Positions 7,187-16,381 are shown, counted from the first letter of the stretch. The stretch is 64,000 nt of DNA from Clostridia bacterium (GCA_045577075.1 JAZNHR010000002.1:22949-86948); one strand, 5' to 3'. Notes: generated by a model from the letters alone, not told the origin. Made by a program: numbers and translations.

Positions 7187-8335
7187 ATGCCAATTACTAA
7201 AATTGACGGCAAAAAGAAAAATGGAAAACAAGGCTACCGTGTCCGGGTAAATTATACGGATGCATACGGAAAAGCCCGGCAGATTGAGCGCACCGCCTAC
7301 GGCTCCGAAGAAGCCAAAGAAATGGAGCAGCAGCTTCGGCTGCAAACCAAAGAGGTCAATTCCTCCGCCATAACGCTGGATGCTCTCGCCGAGCGGTACT
7401 ATACAAACCAGAAAAACGAAATTCGGGAAAGCTCTCTCGCCAACGCGAAAGGCATTTTCCGCCGCGAAATCTCCCCATACCTCGGGAAGCTTCGTATAGA
7501 TAAGCTATCGGTGCAAGTGTTGGAGGACTGGAAGAACACCATAAACGAAAAGGGCTTTTCCATCATCACCCGAAAAAACATTTATAAAACCTTTCGGGCA
7601 ATCTTAAACTACGCCGTGCGCATTGACCTTCTTGCAAAAAATCCCCTCGACCGCGTCGGGAATTTTAAGGATGCATACGAAAAGAAGGACGTGCTGCAGT
7701 ATTATACCGAAGAGCAATTCCTCCGGTTTATTTCCGCCGCCTATGATGATGCGCAGGAAACGGGCGATATGCGATATTACACCTTCTTCTCCACGCTCTT
7801 TTATACTGGCGCACGCAAAGGAGAAGCAAACGCCCTTGTCTGGACGGACCTTGACGGCGATATACTGCATATCGGCAAAAACGTGGTGCAAAAGCTGAAG
7901 GGCGGCGATAGAGTGACTCCGCCCAAGAATAAATCCTCTGACCGTACATTGCAGGTCCCCGCACCTCTCATGTACGTTTTTGAACTTCAAAAGGCTTGGC
8001 AGAAGAAAAACAGCATATACTCTCCCCACGCTAAAATCTGCGGTGCCACAAACTTCCTTCGAGATACCAGTATCGAAAATAAAAATAAGCAATACGCAGC
8101 AGCGGCAGGTCTTCCGAAGATACGCATACACGACTTCCGCCATTCCCACGCTTCGCTCCTTGCAAACGAGGGAATAAACATTCAGGAGGTCGCCCGCCGT
8201 CTCGGGCATTCCAAAATAGAAATGACATGGAATACCTATTCGCACCTTTACCCCCGCGAAGAGGAAAGAGCCGTAAAGATACTGGATAAGGTGCGGCTTC
8301 CGGGCATGAAAAACACCCCCGAAGATGCGGCGTAA
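7187..8335 (+). CDS. int: Tyrosine site-specific integrase (phage integrase)
   Basis: C-terminal catalytic motifs: ...RIHDFRHSHASLL...GHSKIEMTWNTYSHLY (R, HxxR, Y). N-terminal arm-binding-like domain MPITKIDGKKKNGKQGYRVRVNY. AAGGTG RBS. The ORF-track start at 7046 is an upstream TTG extension. Confidence 0.9.
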   Translation: MPITKIDGKKKNGKQGYRVRVNYTDAYGKARQIERTAYGSEEAKEMEQQLRLQTKEVNSSAITLDALAERYYTNQKNEIRESSLANAKGIFRREISPYLGKLRIDKLSVQVLEDWKNTINEKGFSIITRKNIYKTFRAILNYAVRIDLLAKNPLDRVGNFKDAYEKKDVLQYYTEEQFLRFISAAYDDAQETGDMRYYTFFSTLFYTGARKGEANALVWTDLDGDILHIGKNVVQKLKGGDRVTPPKNKSSDRTLQVPAPLMYVFELQKAWQKKNSIYSPHAKICGATNFLRDTSIENKNKQYAAAAGLPKIRIHDFRHSHASLLANEGINIQEVARRLGHSKIEMTWNTYSHLYPREEERAVKILDKVRLPGMKNTPEDAA

Positions 8336-8499
8336 AAATCCCCGAAAAATCCCCGAATTATTTTATAACTGCAAAATTGGGTGTATTTTTTGGTAAAATA
8401 CAAAAATAGAAGACGCCGTATTTACGGCATTTTTACAAGATTATACTTTGTTTTATTTTTTGGTGTTGACAAATTTTCATTCCTACTGTCTCTACCAAA

Positions 8500-8532
8500 A
8501 AGGAAGTTTCACATAGAAACTTCCTTTTTTAT
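8500..8532. terminator. Bidirectional intrinsic terminator hairpin (11-bp stem AAGGAAGTTTC/GAAACTTCCTT)
   Basis: Perfect 11-bp stem with a 5-nt loop. Followed by TTTTTTAT on the plus strand and preceded by an A-run, so it is T-flanked on both strands. Confidence 0.5.
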
Positions 8533-8572
8533 ATTATGTGCAATAGACTAAAGAATGGCTTTATTTGAAAAT

Positions 8573-8607
8573 AAAAAAAACGCCGTAACCCCGAAGGGTA
8601 CAGCGTT
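8573..8607 (-). terminator. Intrinsic terminator immediately 3' of tRNA-Lys
   Basis: On the minus strand: AACGCUGUACCC-UUCG-GGGUUACGGCGUU stem with a UUCG tetraloop and one bulge, followed by U8. Confidence 0.55.
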
Positions 8608-8613
8608 TTCTAG

Positions 8614-8689
8614 TGGTGCGCCATCAGGGACTCGAACCCGGGACCCACTGATTAAGAGTCAGTTGCTCTACCAGCTGAGCTAATGGCGC
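8614..8689 (-). tRNA. tRNA-Lys (anticodon CTT)
   Basis: Reverse complement GCGCCATTAGCTCAGCTGGTAGAGCAACTGACTCTTAATCAGTGGGTCCCGGGTTCGAGTCCCTGATGGCGCACCA. Cloverleaf with 7-bp acceptor stem, anticodon loop CTCTTAA, T-arm GGGTTCGAGTCCC and encoded CCA. Confidence 0.9.
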
Positions 8690-8707
8690 ATTTCCGACGA
8701 CTTTGAT

Positions 8708-8736
8708 ATAATACCACAAAGAAACAGGTTTGTCAA
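8708..8736 (-). promoter_or_regulatory. SigmaA-type promoter for tRNA-Lys (TTGACA-17-TATTAT on minus strand)
   Basis: Minus strand reads TTGACAAACCTGTTTCTTTGTGGTATTAT; the -10 ends about 18 nt before the tRNA 5' end. Confidence 0.5.
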
Positions 8737-8779
8737 CACTTTTTTTAAATTTTTTCAAATTTATTTTAGAAATGGAAAT

Positions 8780-8801
8780 ACGACCACATGGGTCGTTTTT
8801 T
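8780..8801. terminator. Short hairpin ACGACC-ACATG-GGTCGT followed by T6 (plus-strand sense)
   Basis: 6-bp stem plus T-run between rpsU and the tRNA promoter. May terminate readthrough in either direction; weak. Confidence 0.3.
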
Positions 8802-8805
8802 CTTT

Positions 8806-8982
8806 TTACTTAAATTTACGTTTTCTAGCCGCTTCCGACTTCTTCTTACGCTTTACGCTGGGCTTTTCGTAATGTTCTCTCTTTCTAATTTCAGACAAAA
8901 CACCAGACTTTGCACATTGACGCTTGAATCTACGAAGCGCACTATCTAAAGATTCATTATCTTTAATTCTGATTTCCGACAA
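8806..8982 (-). CDS. rpsU: 30S ribosomal protein S21
   Basis: Not in the ORF track (58 aa, TTG start). Translation (M/L)[57 protein letters not shown] is a canonical S21. GGAGGGAGGG RBS upstream. Confidence 0.85.
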   Translation of the reverse strand: MSEIRIKDNESLDSALRRFKRQCAKSGVLSEIRKREHYEKPSVKRKKKSEAARKRKFK

Positions 8983-9196
8983 CTAAATCCCTCCCTCCGA
9001 GTACTTCAATTTCCGGGAATGTTTATTGCAGCATGCTAAGTACACAGCCTCACGGCTTCCGGATTTTCCATGTCAAAAAGCATATTCATTACTGTAATAA
9101 ACAAATCTATTATACACGAGACGAATTTATATGTCAAGAAAAACTTTCAAAAATTTCTGTTATAAAACGGAAAAATAGATTTTTACTGTTTTTTCA

Positions 9197-9225
9197 TTGA
9201 CAAGTATTCTTAAAAAGCGTATAAT
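9197..9225 (+). promoter_or_regulatory. Consensus sigmaA promoter of thrS (TTGACA-17-TATAAT)
   Basis: TTGACA at 9197..9202, 17-nt spacer, TATAAT at 9220..9225. Leaves only ~30 nt of leader before the thrS ATG. Confidence 0.6.
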
Positions 9226-9259
9226 ATTTTATATATTTTTGAAAGAATCGGTGATACTT

Positions 9260-11194
9260 ATGTTGAAAATTACATTACGAGACGATGTACAGTCTTTTGA
9301 AAGCGGTATTACGGGCGGAGAAATTGCTAAAAGCATTAGCGAAGGGCTCTACCGCGCGGCACTTGCCGTAAAAGTGAATGGCACTGTCTGTGCGCTGGAC
9401 ATGCCCATTTTAGAGGATGCAACCGTTGAAATCTTAACCTTTGACAGCGAAGAAGGTAAAAATGTGTATCGGCATACTGCCTCCCACGTACTGGCACAGG
9501 CGATTAAACGTTTATATCCTTCTGCAAAGCTTGCCATCGGTCCCGCCATTGAAAACGGATTCTATTATGACATTGATTTGGAAACCAATCTTTCCATGGA
9601 AGACCTGGAGGCTGTTTCCACAGAAATGAAAAAAATTATTAAGGAAGACTTGCCGGTACATCGCTTTGTTTTAGGCCGTGAAGAAGCCTTAAAGCTTATG
9701 CGGGATAAAAACGAGCCTTACAAAGTGGAACTGATTGAAGACCTGCCGGAGGATGCAGAGCTTTCCTTCTATGAGCAGGGCGAATTTACTGACCTTTGTG
9801 CCGGTCCGCACCTTTCCTCCACAGGAAAACTCAAAGCCTTCCGTCTTTTAAGCGTTACCGGTGCATACTGGCGCGGCAATGAAAAGAACAAGATGCTCCA
9901 ACGTATTTACGGTACGGCTTTCCCGAAGAATGCCGACCTTACGGCATATCTCGAAGCCTTGGAAGAAGCCAAAAAGCGCGACCACAACAAAATCGGCCGC
10001 GACCTTGAATATTTTACAACTTCGGAACTTATCGGTCAGGGTCTTCCCATTATGCTCCCAAAAGGCGCAATGCTGATGCAGACGCTCCAGCGTTTTGTTG
10101 AAGACACGGAAGAAGCCTGGGGCTGGCAGCGCACTAAAACACCGCTAATGGCAAAGAGTGACCTCTACAAAATTTCCGGTCACTGGGACCATTACCGCGA
10201 CGGTATGTTTGTTCTGGGTGACCCGGAAAGTGACGACGAGGTTTTTGCACTTCGACCCATGACGTGCCCCTTCCAGTATCAGGCATATCTCAATCGCGGC
10301 AGGTCCTACCGTGACCTTCCAATGCGTCTCGGTGAAACCTCTACCCTCTTCAGAAACGAAGCCTCTGGCGAAATGCACGGCCTGATTCGTGTACGCCAGT
10401 TTACAATTTCTGAGGGGCATCTTATGTGTACACCCGACCAGCTTGAAGATGAATTTAAAAGCTGTCTTGAGCTTGCAAACTATATGCTGAAAACCATTGG
10501 TCTTTACGAAGATGTCAGTTACCGTTTCTCCCAGTGGGATCCGGATAACCGCGAAAAATATATCGGCACTGATGAACAGTGGGCAGAAGCACAGGGTATT
10601 ATGCAGAAAATTCTGGATAATCTCGGTATAAAGTATTCCATTGGAATTGGTGAAGCCGCCTTCTACGGCCCGAAGCTGGATATTCAGATTAAAAATGTTC
10701 ACGGTAAAGAAGATACACTAATTACGCTGCAGGTTGACCAGATGCTTGCCGAAAAATTCGGCATGGAATATACGGCAGCAGACGGCGAAAAGAAACGCCC
10801 GTACATTATTCATAGAACATCTATTGGCTGTTATGAACGCACGATTGCACTTCTGCTGGAAAAATATGCCGGCGCACTTCCCACATGGATGTCTCCCCAG
10901 CAGGTACGTGTTCTGCCGATCAGCGAAAAGTATCTTGACTATGCAAACGAAGTATGCGCCGCTCTTCGCCGTGCAGGCGTTCGTACGGAAGTGGATAGCC
11001 GTGACGAAAAAATTGGTTACAAAATCCGCTCCGCACAGCTTGAAAAATTGCCTTATATGCTGATTGTCGGCGAAGAAGAACGCGCAGCCGGTGAAGTTGC
11101 CGTTCGCTCCCGTCGTGACGGTGACAAGGGCAAGATGAAACTGGACGATTTTGTTAAAGAGATTATCGAAGAAATCGCAACCAAAGCGAGGTAA
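9260..11194 (+). CDS. thrS: Threonine--tRNA ligase
   Basis: 644 aa from MLKITLRDD (TGS domain) through class II aaRS core motifs and an anticodon-binding C-terminus. The ORF-track start at 9197 is a TTG lying in the promoter -35. Confidence 0.95.
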   Translation: MLKITLRDDVQSFESGITGGEIAKSISEGLYRAALAVKVNGTVCALDMPILEDATVEILTFDSEEGKNVYRHTASHVLAQAIKRLYPSAKLAIGPAIENGFYYDIDLETNLSMEDLEAVSTEMKKIIKEDLPVHRFVLGREEALKLMRDKNEPYKVELIEDLPEDAELSFYEQGEFTDLCAGPHLSSTGKLKAFRLLSVTGAYWRGNEKNKMLQRIYGTAFPKNADLTAYLEALEEAKKRDHNKIGRDLEYFTTSELIGQGLPIMLPKGAMLMQTLQRFVEDTEEAWGWQRTKTPLMAKSDLYKISGHWDHYRDGMFVLGDPESDDEVFALRPMTCPFQYQAYLNRGRSYRDLPMRLGETSTLFRNEASGEMHGLIRVRQFTISEGHLMCTPDQLEDEFKSCLELANYMLKTIGLYEDVSYRFSQWDPDNREKYIGTDEQWAEAQGIMQKILDNLGIKYSIGIGEAAFYGPKLDIQIKNVHGKEDTLITLQVDQMLAEKFGMEYTAADGEKKRPYIIHRTSIGCYERTIALLLEKYAGALPTWMSPQQVRVLPISEKYLDYANEVCAALRRAGVRTEVDSRDEKIGYKIRSAQLEKLPYMLIVGEEERAAGEVAVRSRRDGDKGKMKLDDFVKEIIEEIATKAR

Positions 11195-11199
11195 ATACA

Positions 11200-12183
11200 A
11201 TGCGCATCAAAGTAAATCCACATGCGTTTACGGATGCACAGCTTCAGCCTGCCGCCGCTATTTTGCAAAGCGGCGGCATTTGCGCTTTTCCGACCGAAAC
11301 AGTGTATGGTCTTGGCGCAAACGCTTTTGACGAAGCTGCCACCAAAAAAATATTTGAAGCCAAAGGACGCCCCCAGGACAATCCTTTAATTGTACATGTA
11401 GCCGACAGGGCACAGCTGGACGAAATCTGTATCGTTTCTCCTCTTGCAGAGAAACTAATGGACCGTTTTTGGGGCGGGCCGCTTACATTGATTCTGCCAA
11501 AAACGGATGCCGTCCCGCTCTCTGTTACTGCAGGACTTTCCACAGTAGCTGTCCGCATGCCCTCGCACCCGATTGCCAATGCACTCATTCGGCTTTCCGG
11601 ACTTCCCATTGCTGCACCGAGTGCAAATCTATCAGGAAAGCCAAGTCCCACACGGGCAAGCCATGTTGTCTCTGACTTGGAAGGGCGGGCGGACTGTATT
11701 ATTGACGGTGGCGACTGCCTTTGGGGTGTGGAATCCACAGTGCTGGATTTAACCGTTTCACCCCCTGCCATTTTGCGCCCCGGTGCTGTTACAAAAGAAG
11801 AGCTCGCAGAAGAAATCGGCGAGGTTATCTACGGCACAGGGATTGGTGCGCCGAAAAGCCCGGGTATGAAATATACCCATTATGCACCAAAGGCTCCCGT
11901 CTATATTGCAGAAGGCGAAGACGCACTTTCCAGAATTTATAATGCAGCCGCAAAATATAACGCCCCCGGTATTTTGTATTACAAAACGGCGATGCCTTCC
12001 GTTTATGCTTCCATTTCAGCCGGTGATAATGCACAAGAATATGCGGCACGTCTTTTTTTCGCCCTTCGAGAATTTGACAAACTGAATGTAGACGTTATTT
12101 TTGCCATACCTCCTGAGGAAGGCGGCATGGGTGACGCTGTGCGAAATCGTTTATTTAAGGCTGCCGGTGGCAAAACAATTTAA
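11200..12183 (+). CDS. tsaC: L-threonylcarbamoyladenylate synthase (Sua5/YwlC type, with C-terminal Sua5 domain)
   Basis: 327 aa with a YrdC-like N-domain (TETVYGLGANAFDEAA..KGRPQDNPLIVHV) and a Sua5 C-domain. Confidence 0.9.
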   Translation: MRIKVNPHAFTDAQLQPAAAILQSGGICAFPTETVYGLGANAFDEAATKKIFEAKGRPQDNPLIVHVADRAQLDEICIVSPLAEKLMDRFWGGPLTLILPKTDAVPLSVTAGLSTVAVRMPSHPIANALIRLSGLPIAAPSANLSGKPSPTRASHVVSDLEGRADCIIDGGDCLWGVESTVLDLTVSPPAILRPGAVTKEELAEEIGEVIYGTGIGAPKSPGMKYTHYAPKAPVYIAEGEDALSRIYNAAAKYNAPGILYYKTAMPSVYASISAGDNAQEYAARLFFALREFDKLNVDVIFAIPPEEGGMGDAVRNRLFKAAGGKTI

Positions 12184-12198
12184 GCAGAGGAAAACACT

Positions 12199-12618
12199 AT
12201 GCATATTTTATTTGTTTGTACGGGTAACACCTGCCGAAGCCCGATGGCAGAGGCTTTTTTAAAACAGAAAACTACAAAACATACTGTTTCTTCCGCAGGG
12301 CTGTTTGCACTCTCCCCTGCACCTGCCTCACCACAGGCCGTAAGCGTAATGCAAAACCATGGGCTTGATATCTCTGCGCACCGTTCCCGTCAGCTTACAG
12401 ACGAAATGATAGCGGAGGCAGATTTAATTTTAACCATGACCGAAGGACACAAAGCTATGCTCTGCGGTCTTTTTAAAGACGCCGCATCCAAAACCTTCAC
12501 ACTTACTCAATATGTGGGTAAAAGCGGCGACATTGCGGACCCGTTTGGCGGCGATTTGGCTCTATACGAGGCATGTGCCAAAAGCATACAGAGCTATATT
12601 GAGGAGGCCGACCTATGA
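12199..12618 (+). CDS. Low molecular weight protein phosphatase (YwlE-like)
   Basis: N-terminal CTGNTCRS P-loop (VCTGNTCRSPMAEA). 139 aa. Confidence 0.8.
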   Translation: MHILFVCTGNTCRSPMAEAFLKQKTTKHTVSSAGLFALSPAPASPQAVSVMQNHGLDISAHRSRQLTDEMIAEADLILTMTEGHKAMLCGLFKDAASKTFTLTQYVGKSGDIADPFGGDLALYEACAKSIQSYIEEADL

Positions 12619-13043
12619 TTCGCGCAGCAACTATGCTTGACGCATCGGCTATTGCGGATTTATTTTATGCAAGCATGCCCTCACCTTGGAAAAAAGCAGA
12701 CATCGAAGGCGCACTTTCATCTCCGTCTATGGTGACATGGGTGCTGGAAGAAGACGGCAGAATTCAATGCGCCATTATTTTACAGGTGTGTCTTGACGAA
12801 GCAGAAATTCTGTCCATCGCAACTGCCCCTTCGGCCAGAAGAGCCGGATTCGGCAAAAAGCTCCTTACCTATGCGCTTCGGGAGTTGGGCAGCGAGGTAC
12901 ATGTTTTTTTAGAAGTCCGTGCAAAAAACACCGGCGCAATTTCCTTTTACGAGGCTATGGGGTTTGCACCCTTCGGCATGCGAAAGGGATATTATAAAGC
13001 ACCGCCCGATGACGCGGTTCTTATGAAATTGGCAAAAATTTAA
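12615..13043 (+). CDS. rimI: GNAT acetyltransferase, RimI-like
   Basis: 142 aa GNAT fold with RRAGFGKKLL acetyl-CoA motif. Its start overlaps the upstream stop. Confidence 0.65.
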   Translation: MIRAATMLDASAIADLFYASMPSPWKKADIEGALSSPSMVTWVLEEDGRIQCAIILQVCLDEAEILSIATAPSARRAGFGKKLLTYALRELGSEVHVFLEVRAKNTGAISFYEAMGFAPFGMRKGYYKAPPDDAVLMKLAKI

Positions 13044-13114
13044 AAAAAGCCTTGCCAAACAAGATAAAACAAAGTATAATAAATATATTCAAATATATTA
13101 AGGAGGTTCATATT

Positions 13115-13390
13115 TTGAACGGATTGGGAACTATTATTTATTTTGCTGCTATCATCGCACTCTTTTATTTCATGCTGATTCGCCCCCAGAAAAAACAGCA
13201 GAAGAAGATGAAAGCTATGCTGGACAATCTCGCAGTGGGCGACAAGATTGTTACAATTGGTGGTATTCACGGCAAAATCGTAAAAATCAAGGATGATACT
13301 ATCGTTTTGGAAAGCGGTAGCGGAACTGAAAAGTCTGTGCTTACTGTTTCCAGAAATTCTATTGCAAACTGCCTTACAATTAAGGAATAA
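13115..13390 (+). CDS. yajC: Preprotein translocase subunit YajC
   Basis: TTG start 8 nt after AAGGAGG. One TM helix then IRPQKKQQKKMKAMLDNLAVGDKIVTIGGIHGKIVKI. Confidence 0.8.
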   Translation: MNGLGTIIYFAAIIALFYFMLIRPQKKQQKKMKAMLDNLAVGDKIVTIGGIHGKIVKIKDDTIVLESGSGTEKSVLTVSRNSIANCLTIKE

Positions 13391-13440
13391 ACAGACCTCC
13401 CCTTGCATAGACATACAGTAATTTCTTTGTAAAGGGGATT

Positions 13441-13857
13441 TTGGGTATGGCTAGGCACGTAAATACCATGGAGAATCAATCAGCAGTTTCGATAGTCCTT
13501 ACTTTAAAACCGCTCCTTGTTTCTCTTTGTGTGACTTTTGTTTCTCTCTGCCTTTTGGCGCTTTGCATCGCCTTTGGTCCTGTTACAGAAAATACAGCAG
13601 ATCTCTGCATTTTGCTTGTAACAATTTTAAGTCTTTTTCTTGCCGGATTTCTATCTGCGCGGCAAAAGACATCTCGTGGCTTTATTACAGGCGGCATTGC
13701 TGGGCTTCTGTATGTTTTTGCAGCTTACCTAATTGCGGCACTTGCGTTCGGTTCTTTTTCTCCGGGACGAGACTTTATTAAACTGTTTCTCCTTGGAATC
13801 GGCATAGGTGCTTTGGGCGGCATTGTTGGCGTAAACACAAGAAGAAAGACACGCTAA
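13441..13857 (+). CDS. Small integral membrane protein (yajC-neighbour family)
   Basis: 138 aa with four predicted TM helices. This position is conserved in Clostridia. Confidence 0.55.
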   Translation: MGMARHVNTMENQSAVSIVLTLKPLLVSLCVTFVSLCLLALCIAFGPVTENTADLCILLVTILSLFLAGFLSARQKTSRGFITGGIAGLLYVFAAYLIAALAFGSFSPGRDFIKLFLLGIGIGALGGIVGVNTRRKTR

Positions 13858-14079
13858 TGCTAAAACTATATTTTTCGTGCTTTACGTTGCTGTATTTACA
13901 GATATTGTAAATACAGCACTTCCTTTTTTGTTGAAAAAAGCGCAGGATGTAGTGTTTGGCTATATCAAATTGCCCTTTTTATACAAAATAAATGTAACAT
14001 TTTCCAGAAAACTATTGACTATGCTACGGAAAATGTTATATAATAAGTCTGCTATAATTACGCGAGGAGGAATTACCCT

Positions 14080-15405
14080 ATGAAAGCAAAAAGCATGATA
14101 GGGCTGATTATAACGCTGCTTGTTATTTTTGCCCTGATTTTCACTGCTGTATGCGGCGTAACCATTGAGAATCCTTTTACAGGGGACAAGTATTATTTCC
14201 CGAAAGCGTTGGATGCTGAATATGGCGTCAAACGTGGTCTTGACCTTGTAGGCGGTTCGATTATTTCCTTTGAGGCGGATACAGAAAATCCCTCTCAAAC
14301 GGACATGGACGCTGCAATGGCTGTTGTACGTAATCGTCTGGATAGCCAAGGCTACTATGATGCACCCGTATCGCAGCGCGGTGACAAAACAATTTCAATT
14401 GAAATTCCGAACATTAGCGACCCCGAAACGGCAGTCCAGATGCTTGGTGCAACCGCAAAGCTTACCTTCCGTGACCCGGACGGCAACGTCATTATGGAAG
14501 GCGGAACGGACGTAAAGCGCGCAACCTATCGCTACGGACAGACGACGGAAAACGGCTCTATGCAACATTATGTAGAACTCGAGTTTACCGATGAAGGTAC
14601 AAAGAAGTTCTCCGATGCTACAGCCACCATTTCCGCAAAGCCGCAAGGCTCAAATTACATCGCCATTTACCTGGACGAAGACCAGATTTCAAGCCCTATG
14701 GTAGAGGAAGCGATTACTACAAACACCTGTGTTATCAATGGTAACTTCACGGAAGCCTCTGCCTCCGGTCTTGCTAACCAAATCCAAAGCGGTCAGCTCC
14801 CCTTTGCACTCAAAGAAGCAGAGCTTCGCAGCATTGGGCCTACTTTAGGTGACAGAGCACTGGAGACAAGCTTACTCGCTGCCGGCATCGGTATTCTGCT
14901 CGTTATGATTTTCATGCTGATTTTCTATCGCGTAGCAGGGCTGATTGCTGACATTGCACTTGCAGGATACATCGGTCTTGTAACTCTCACCGTTTCCGGT
15001 TACTTCTCTTTCCTCGGTGTTTCTGGCACCCTCACCCTTCCCGGTATTGCCGGTATTGTTCTCGGTGTAGGTATGGCAGTTGACGCAAACATCGTTATTT
15101 TTGAAAGAATCAAAGAAGAACTTCGTGCAGGCAAATCCGCAAGCGCTTCTGTAAAGGCCGGCTTCAAGCGTGCACTCAGCGCGATTATTGACTCCAACAT
15201 TACAACCATCATTGCCGCTATTGTGCTTGGTGCGTTCGGTACCGGTACAATTAAAGGCTTTGCCTGGACGCTTGCAATCGGTATTGTGGTCAGCATGATT
15301 ACGGCTATATTTGTCACAAAGACGCTTCTTAAGATTTTCTTAAACCTTGGCCTTAAAAAGCCCGGCGCTTTCGGCGTAAAGGTTAAAAAGGAGGTGCAGG
15401 CATAA
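14080..15405 (+). CDS. secD: Protein translocase subunit SecD
   Basis: 441 aa: N-terminal TM, periplasmic domain, C-terminal six-TM bundle. Confidence 0.9.
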   Translation: MKAKSMIGLIITLLVIFALIFTAVCGVTIENPFTGDKYYFPKALDAEYGVKRGLDLVGGSIISFEADTENPSQTDMDAAMAVVRNRLDSQGYYDAPVSQRGDKTISIEIPNISDPETAVQMLGATAKLTFRDPDGNVIMEGGTDVKRATYRYGQTTENGSMQHYVELEFTDEGTKKFSDATATISAKPQGSNYIAIYLDEDQISSPMVEEAITTNTCVINGNFTEASASGLANQIQSGQLPFALKEAELRSIGPTLGDRALETSLLAAGIGILLVMIFMLIFYRVAGLIADIALAGYIGLVTLTVSGYFSFLGVSGTLTLPGIAGIVLGVGMAVDANIVIFERIKEELRAGKSASASVKAGFKRALSAIIDSNITTIIAAIVLGAFGTGTIKGFAWTLAIGIVVSMITAIFVTKTLLKIFLNLGLKKPGAFGVKVKKEVQA

Positions 15406-16280
15406 TGAACATCTTAAAAGGTAAAAACGTTTATTTCATTATTTCTGCGATTGTTATTTTAGCCGGTATTATCGCCTATATCGCTTTTGGCGGGTTAAAC
15501 TTTGGTCTTGACTTTAAGGGCGGTACGGAAATTCGCATGAACATCGGAGCTGACTTTAATAACGATGAAATTGCAAGTATTGTAAAGGAAACGGCAGGGG
15601 TTTCCTCTCCCGTTATCCAGAAAGCAGGCGATTCGGAAGTTTCCATTAAAACAGAAGAAATCGACACAGCAAAGCGTGACGCAGTTGTAGAAGCGATTAA
15701 GACGAAATACAGTCTTGATGATTCTGCTCTGTTGGAAGCGACTAACGTTTCTGCTTCTGCTAGCACAAAGCTTCTGACGGATGCGCTCAATGCTATTCTT
15801 CTTTCCGTTTTGTGTATGCTGATTTACATCACCATTCGGTTTGACTTCAAATCCGGGCTTGCTGCAATTTTAGGTCTTGCACACAACGTGTTAATTATGA
15901 TTGCTATCTACGCAATTTTCCGTTTGCAGATTAACTCTACCTTTGTTGCAGCTATACTCACAATTGTAGGTTACTCCATTAACAACACCATTGTTATCTT
16001 TGACAAAATCCGTGAAAACAGAAAGCAGAATCGTCGCGTTCCGTTTGAGGAAGTTTCCAATGCAGCCTTAAACCAGACCTTCACAAGAACGGTTTATGCT
16101 TCTATTACGACGCTGCTTACTATCACAACGCTTTATATTTTAGGTATTGATTCCATTCGTGAATTCTCCCTGCCGATTATCATTGGCGTTTTGGTAGGTA
16201 GCTACTCTTCCATTTGCATTGCAACACCGCTTTGGGTTGTTTTAAATGACAAATTAAAGAAGCGTACGAAAAAGGCTTAA
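15405..16280 (+). CDS. secF: Protein translocase subunit SecF
   Basis: 291 aa. Its start overlaps the secD stop. Confidence 0.9.
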   Translation: MNILKGKNVYFIISAIVILAGIIAYIAFGGLNFGLDFKGGTEIRMNIGADFNNDEIASIVKETAGVSSPVIQKAGDSEVSIKTEEIDTAKRDAVVEAIKTKYSLDDSALLEATNVSASASTKLLTDALNAILLSVLCMLIYITIRFDFKSGLAAILGLAHNVLIMIAIYAIFRLQINSTFVAAILTIVGYSINNTIVIFDKIRENRKQNRRVPFEEVSNAALNQTFTRTVYASITTLLTITTLYILGIDSIREFSLPIIIGVLVGSYSSICIATPLWVVLNDKLKKRTKKA

Positions 16281-16287
16281 AACTTAA

Positions 16288-16316
16288 GGGTGTCACACTC
16301 GTGACACCCTTTTTTA
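16288..16316 (+). terminator. Intrinsic terminator after secF
   Basis: GGGTGTCAC-ACTC-GTGACACCC followed by TTTTTTATTT. Confidence 0.6.
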
Positions 16317-16381
16317 TTTCAAAAAGCGAATAATCTTCCCTTTTCCGAGAAAAATAACTGCAAAAAAGAAAGGAAGATTTC

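Noticed and set aside
7604-8245. 213-aa minus-strand ORF inside the integrase gene, plus several 60-90-aa ORFs there
   Set aside because: Antisense shadows of the integrase coding frame. No RBS and compositionally odd (Arg/Cys-rich).
8990-9259. Possible T-box riboswitch leader upstream of thrS
   Set aside because: No T-box core (AATTAGGGTGGTACCGCG-like) or specifier/antiterminator architecture. The consensus promoter lies only ~35 nt from the start codon.
10145-11200. Minus-strand ORFs of 185 and 160 aa within thrS
   Set aside because: Antisense to a strongly conserved housekeeping gene, with no RBS and low-complexity Phe/Cys-rich translation.
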